Virus record (IMG/VR): IMGVR_UViG_3300013772_000005
Location: 7,407 to 71,406 of that record
DNA length: 64,000 nucleotides
Origin: a virus
Direction: 5' to 3' (one strand)
In this document: one piece after another, positions 62,796 to 64,000 of the stretch
Position numbering within the stretch: the first letter of the stretch is position 1
Layout: each line of letters starts with the position of its first letter
Program-made: the position numbers and the translations under genes
Notes under the pieces: model-generated
What the model saw: only the letters and a program-made list of their open reading frames with translations
Told to the model about the DNA's origin: nothing
The model's database searches: none

Positions 62796-64000
62796 CACCG
62801 CCTCATTATAGGCGAGGTTCCCGTAGCCACCGGCGCCGTTGGCGGTTGAATTCTGCGAGGTGACGCCCTTGTGGGCGGCATCGACGCGCTTCAGACTCTC
62901 GTGCAACGCCTTGAGCGCGTCCTGCACAGTCTTCGCCTTCTTCACCGGCTGCATCAGCTTGGCGCGGTCAAGACCGCGTGAGGTGAGCGCCGTCGCCGGC
63001 CCGGAGGTCGGATGCTGCTCCAGGTGGTTCGAGATCTTCGTGCGGATGGCATCGTCGAGAATTTCGTGAAGACCTTCGAGGTCGTCGCCAGAGAGCGTGC
63101 GCGTCAGCGGGTTGACCTGACGCTCAGCCTCACGCGCCTGTGCCGCCCGCTGCTCTGAGAGAATGCCAGCCTCGGCTTCCTGCGCCTTGCGTTCCTGCTC
63201 AGCCTGACGATGCCTCTCTTCTTCGCGGCGGGTGTTTTCCTGCGCCTCCCGGTGCTCGCCCTGCCAATCGACGCCGAGATGCTCAAGGTGCTTCTGCGCA
63301 TCGGTGTCGCCGTGCTGCATCGCCAGCTCACGCAGCGCATTCAGCTTCTCGGGCGCGTGCTCCTGAAGCGTCGAGAGCAGATCCCGAGCATGCTGATCGC
63401 CGTGCTCCTCGGCCAACTCGCGAACGTGACCAACCGCCTCTTCAGGGATCTGCCGGCCAGCCTGCTCACCCTCGTGATAGACGTAGATCCACTCACCGTT
63501 GCGGCCCTTGTATTTGCGCAGGTACTTGTGCGGACGCGACTTCACGAGGTCGATGGTGAAGTCGTCGAAGAGACTGGCCTTCAAGAAATAGCTCGGTTCA
63601 TCCACAGTGAACCCAGGTTCATCGACAATGAACAGACTCTTCTGGATGCCAAGGCGGTGAAGGACGACGTTCTGCGGTGAATGCAGGTTGTCTTCGATCT
63701 TCTTTGGCAGACCGTTGGTCGTGTCCACCCATACGAGCTTGGAAAACTCACCGTCAGGATCGAGCTTCGTCGTCGTCTCAGGTGACGCCGTGAGGACAAA
63801 AGCATGGACCATGATCGTCGAACCGTCGCGGCCGATCACGCCTTGGCATCCCAGTGGATCGAGCTGCTGTGCAACGATCCCGGTCTCTTCATATAGCTCG
63901 CGAAGAGCACCGCAATGCGGCTTCTCGCGAGGCTCCAGGTGGCCGCCTGGCAGCGTCCATTTGCCATTGTCCTTGCGCTTGCCCATGAGCAGCTTGTCGC
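62739..64000 (-). CDS. Polyvalent head protein, N-terminal Nudix hydrolase (start lies beyond the window)
   Basis: Nudix box GGHLEPREKPHCGALRELYEETG; frame open to the window edge (DKLLMGKR); internal HKYLRK...WIYVY. Confidence 0.8.
   Translation of the reverse strand, partial: DKLLMGKRKDNGKWTLPGGHLEPREKPHCGALRELYEETGIVAQQLDPLGCQGVIGRDGSTIMVHAFVLTASPETTTKLDPDGEFSKLVWVDTTNGLPKKIEDNLHSPQNVVLHRLGIQKSLFIVDEPGFTVDEPSYFLKASLFDDFTIDLVKSRPHKYLRKYKGRNGEWIYVYHEGEQAGRQIPEEAVGHVRELAEEHGDQHARDLLSTLQEHAPEKLNALRELAMQHGDTDAQKHLEHLGVDWQGEHREAQENTRREEERHRQAEQERKAQEAEAGILSEQRAAQAREAERQVNPLTRTLSGDDLEGLHEILDDAIRTKISNHLEQHPTSGPATALTSRGLDRAKLMQPVKKAKTVQDALKALHESLKRVDAAHKGVTSQNSTANGAGGYGNLAYNEAVLPAGRSPRAPAHSRQPQR

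Noticed and set aside
1-64000. tRNA, rRNA, integrase, terminase and portal genes
   Set aside because: None recognised by eye; terminase and portal probably lie beyond the right edge. tRNAscan-SE was not run.

Overview
The window is a 64 kb slice of a large, GC-rich (roughly 60% by eye) contractile-tailed dsDNA phage. Essentially every real gene is on the minus strand, and the long plus-strand ORFs are antisense shadows. In transcription order (right to left) it holds: head-cargo proteins (Nudix/GNAT, MuF-like, an 843-aa low-complexity protein); prohead protease, scaffold and an SPO1/Twort-type major capsid protein; neck, sheath, tube, chaperones and tape measure; baseplate and modular fibres; a diderm-type envelope/lysis cassette with an M15 endolysin; a replication block (SF2 helicase, phage sigma factor, DnaB-like helicase, primase); and an early accessory region (WGR protein, ATP-dependent ligase, collagen lipoprotein, HDAC-family deacetylase, HNH endonuclease, CobS-like AAA+ and CobT/VWA-like partner). 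Highlights: (1) the SF2 helicase appears split into two separately translated genes joined by a natural split intein whose N-half carries a fused DUF559/Vsr-like nuclease; (2) six sigma28/FliA-like promoters, each fused to an 11-bp dyad, drive the early region, and a conserved TTTAAATCGGAG leader recurs seven times; (3) fibre-tip proteins carry Sec signal peptides; (4) head proteins share K-S/A and HKY motifs; (5) three intergenic regions are multi-hairpin ncRNA candidates. All calls come from motif reading by eye; no database searches were run.
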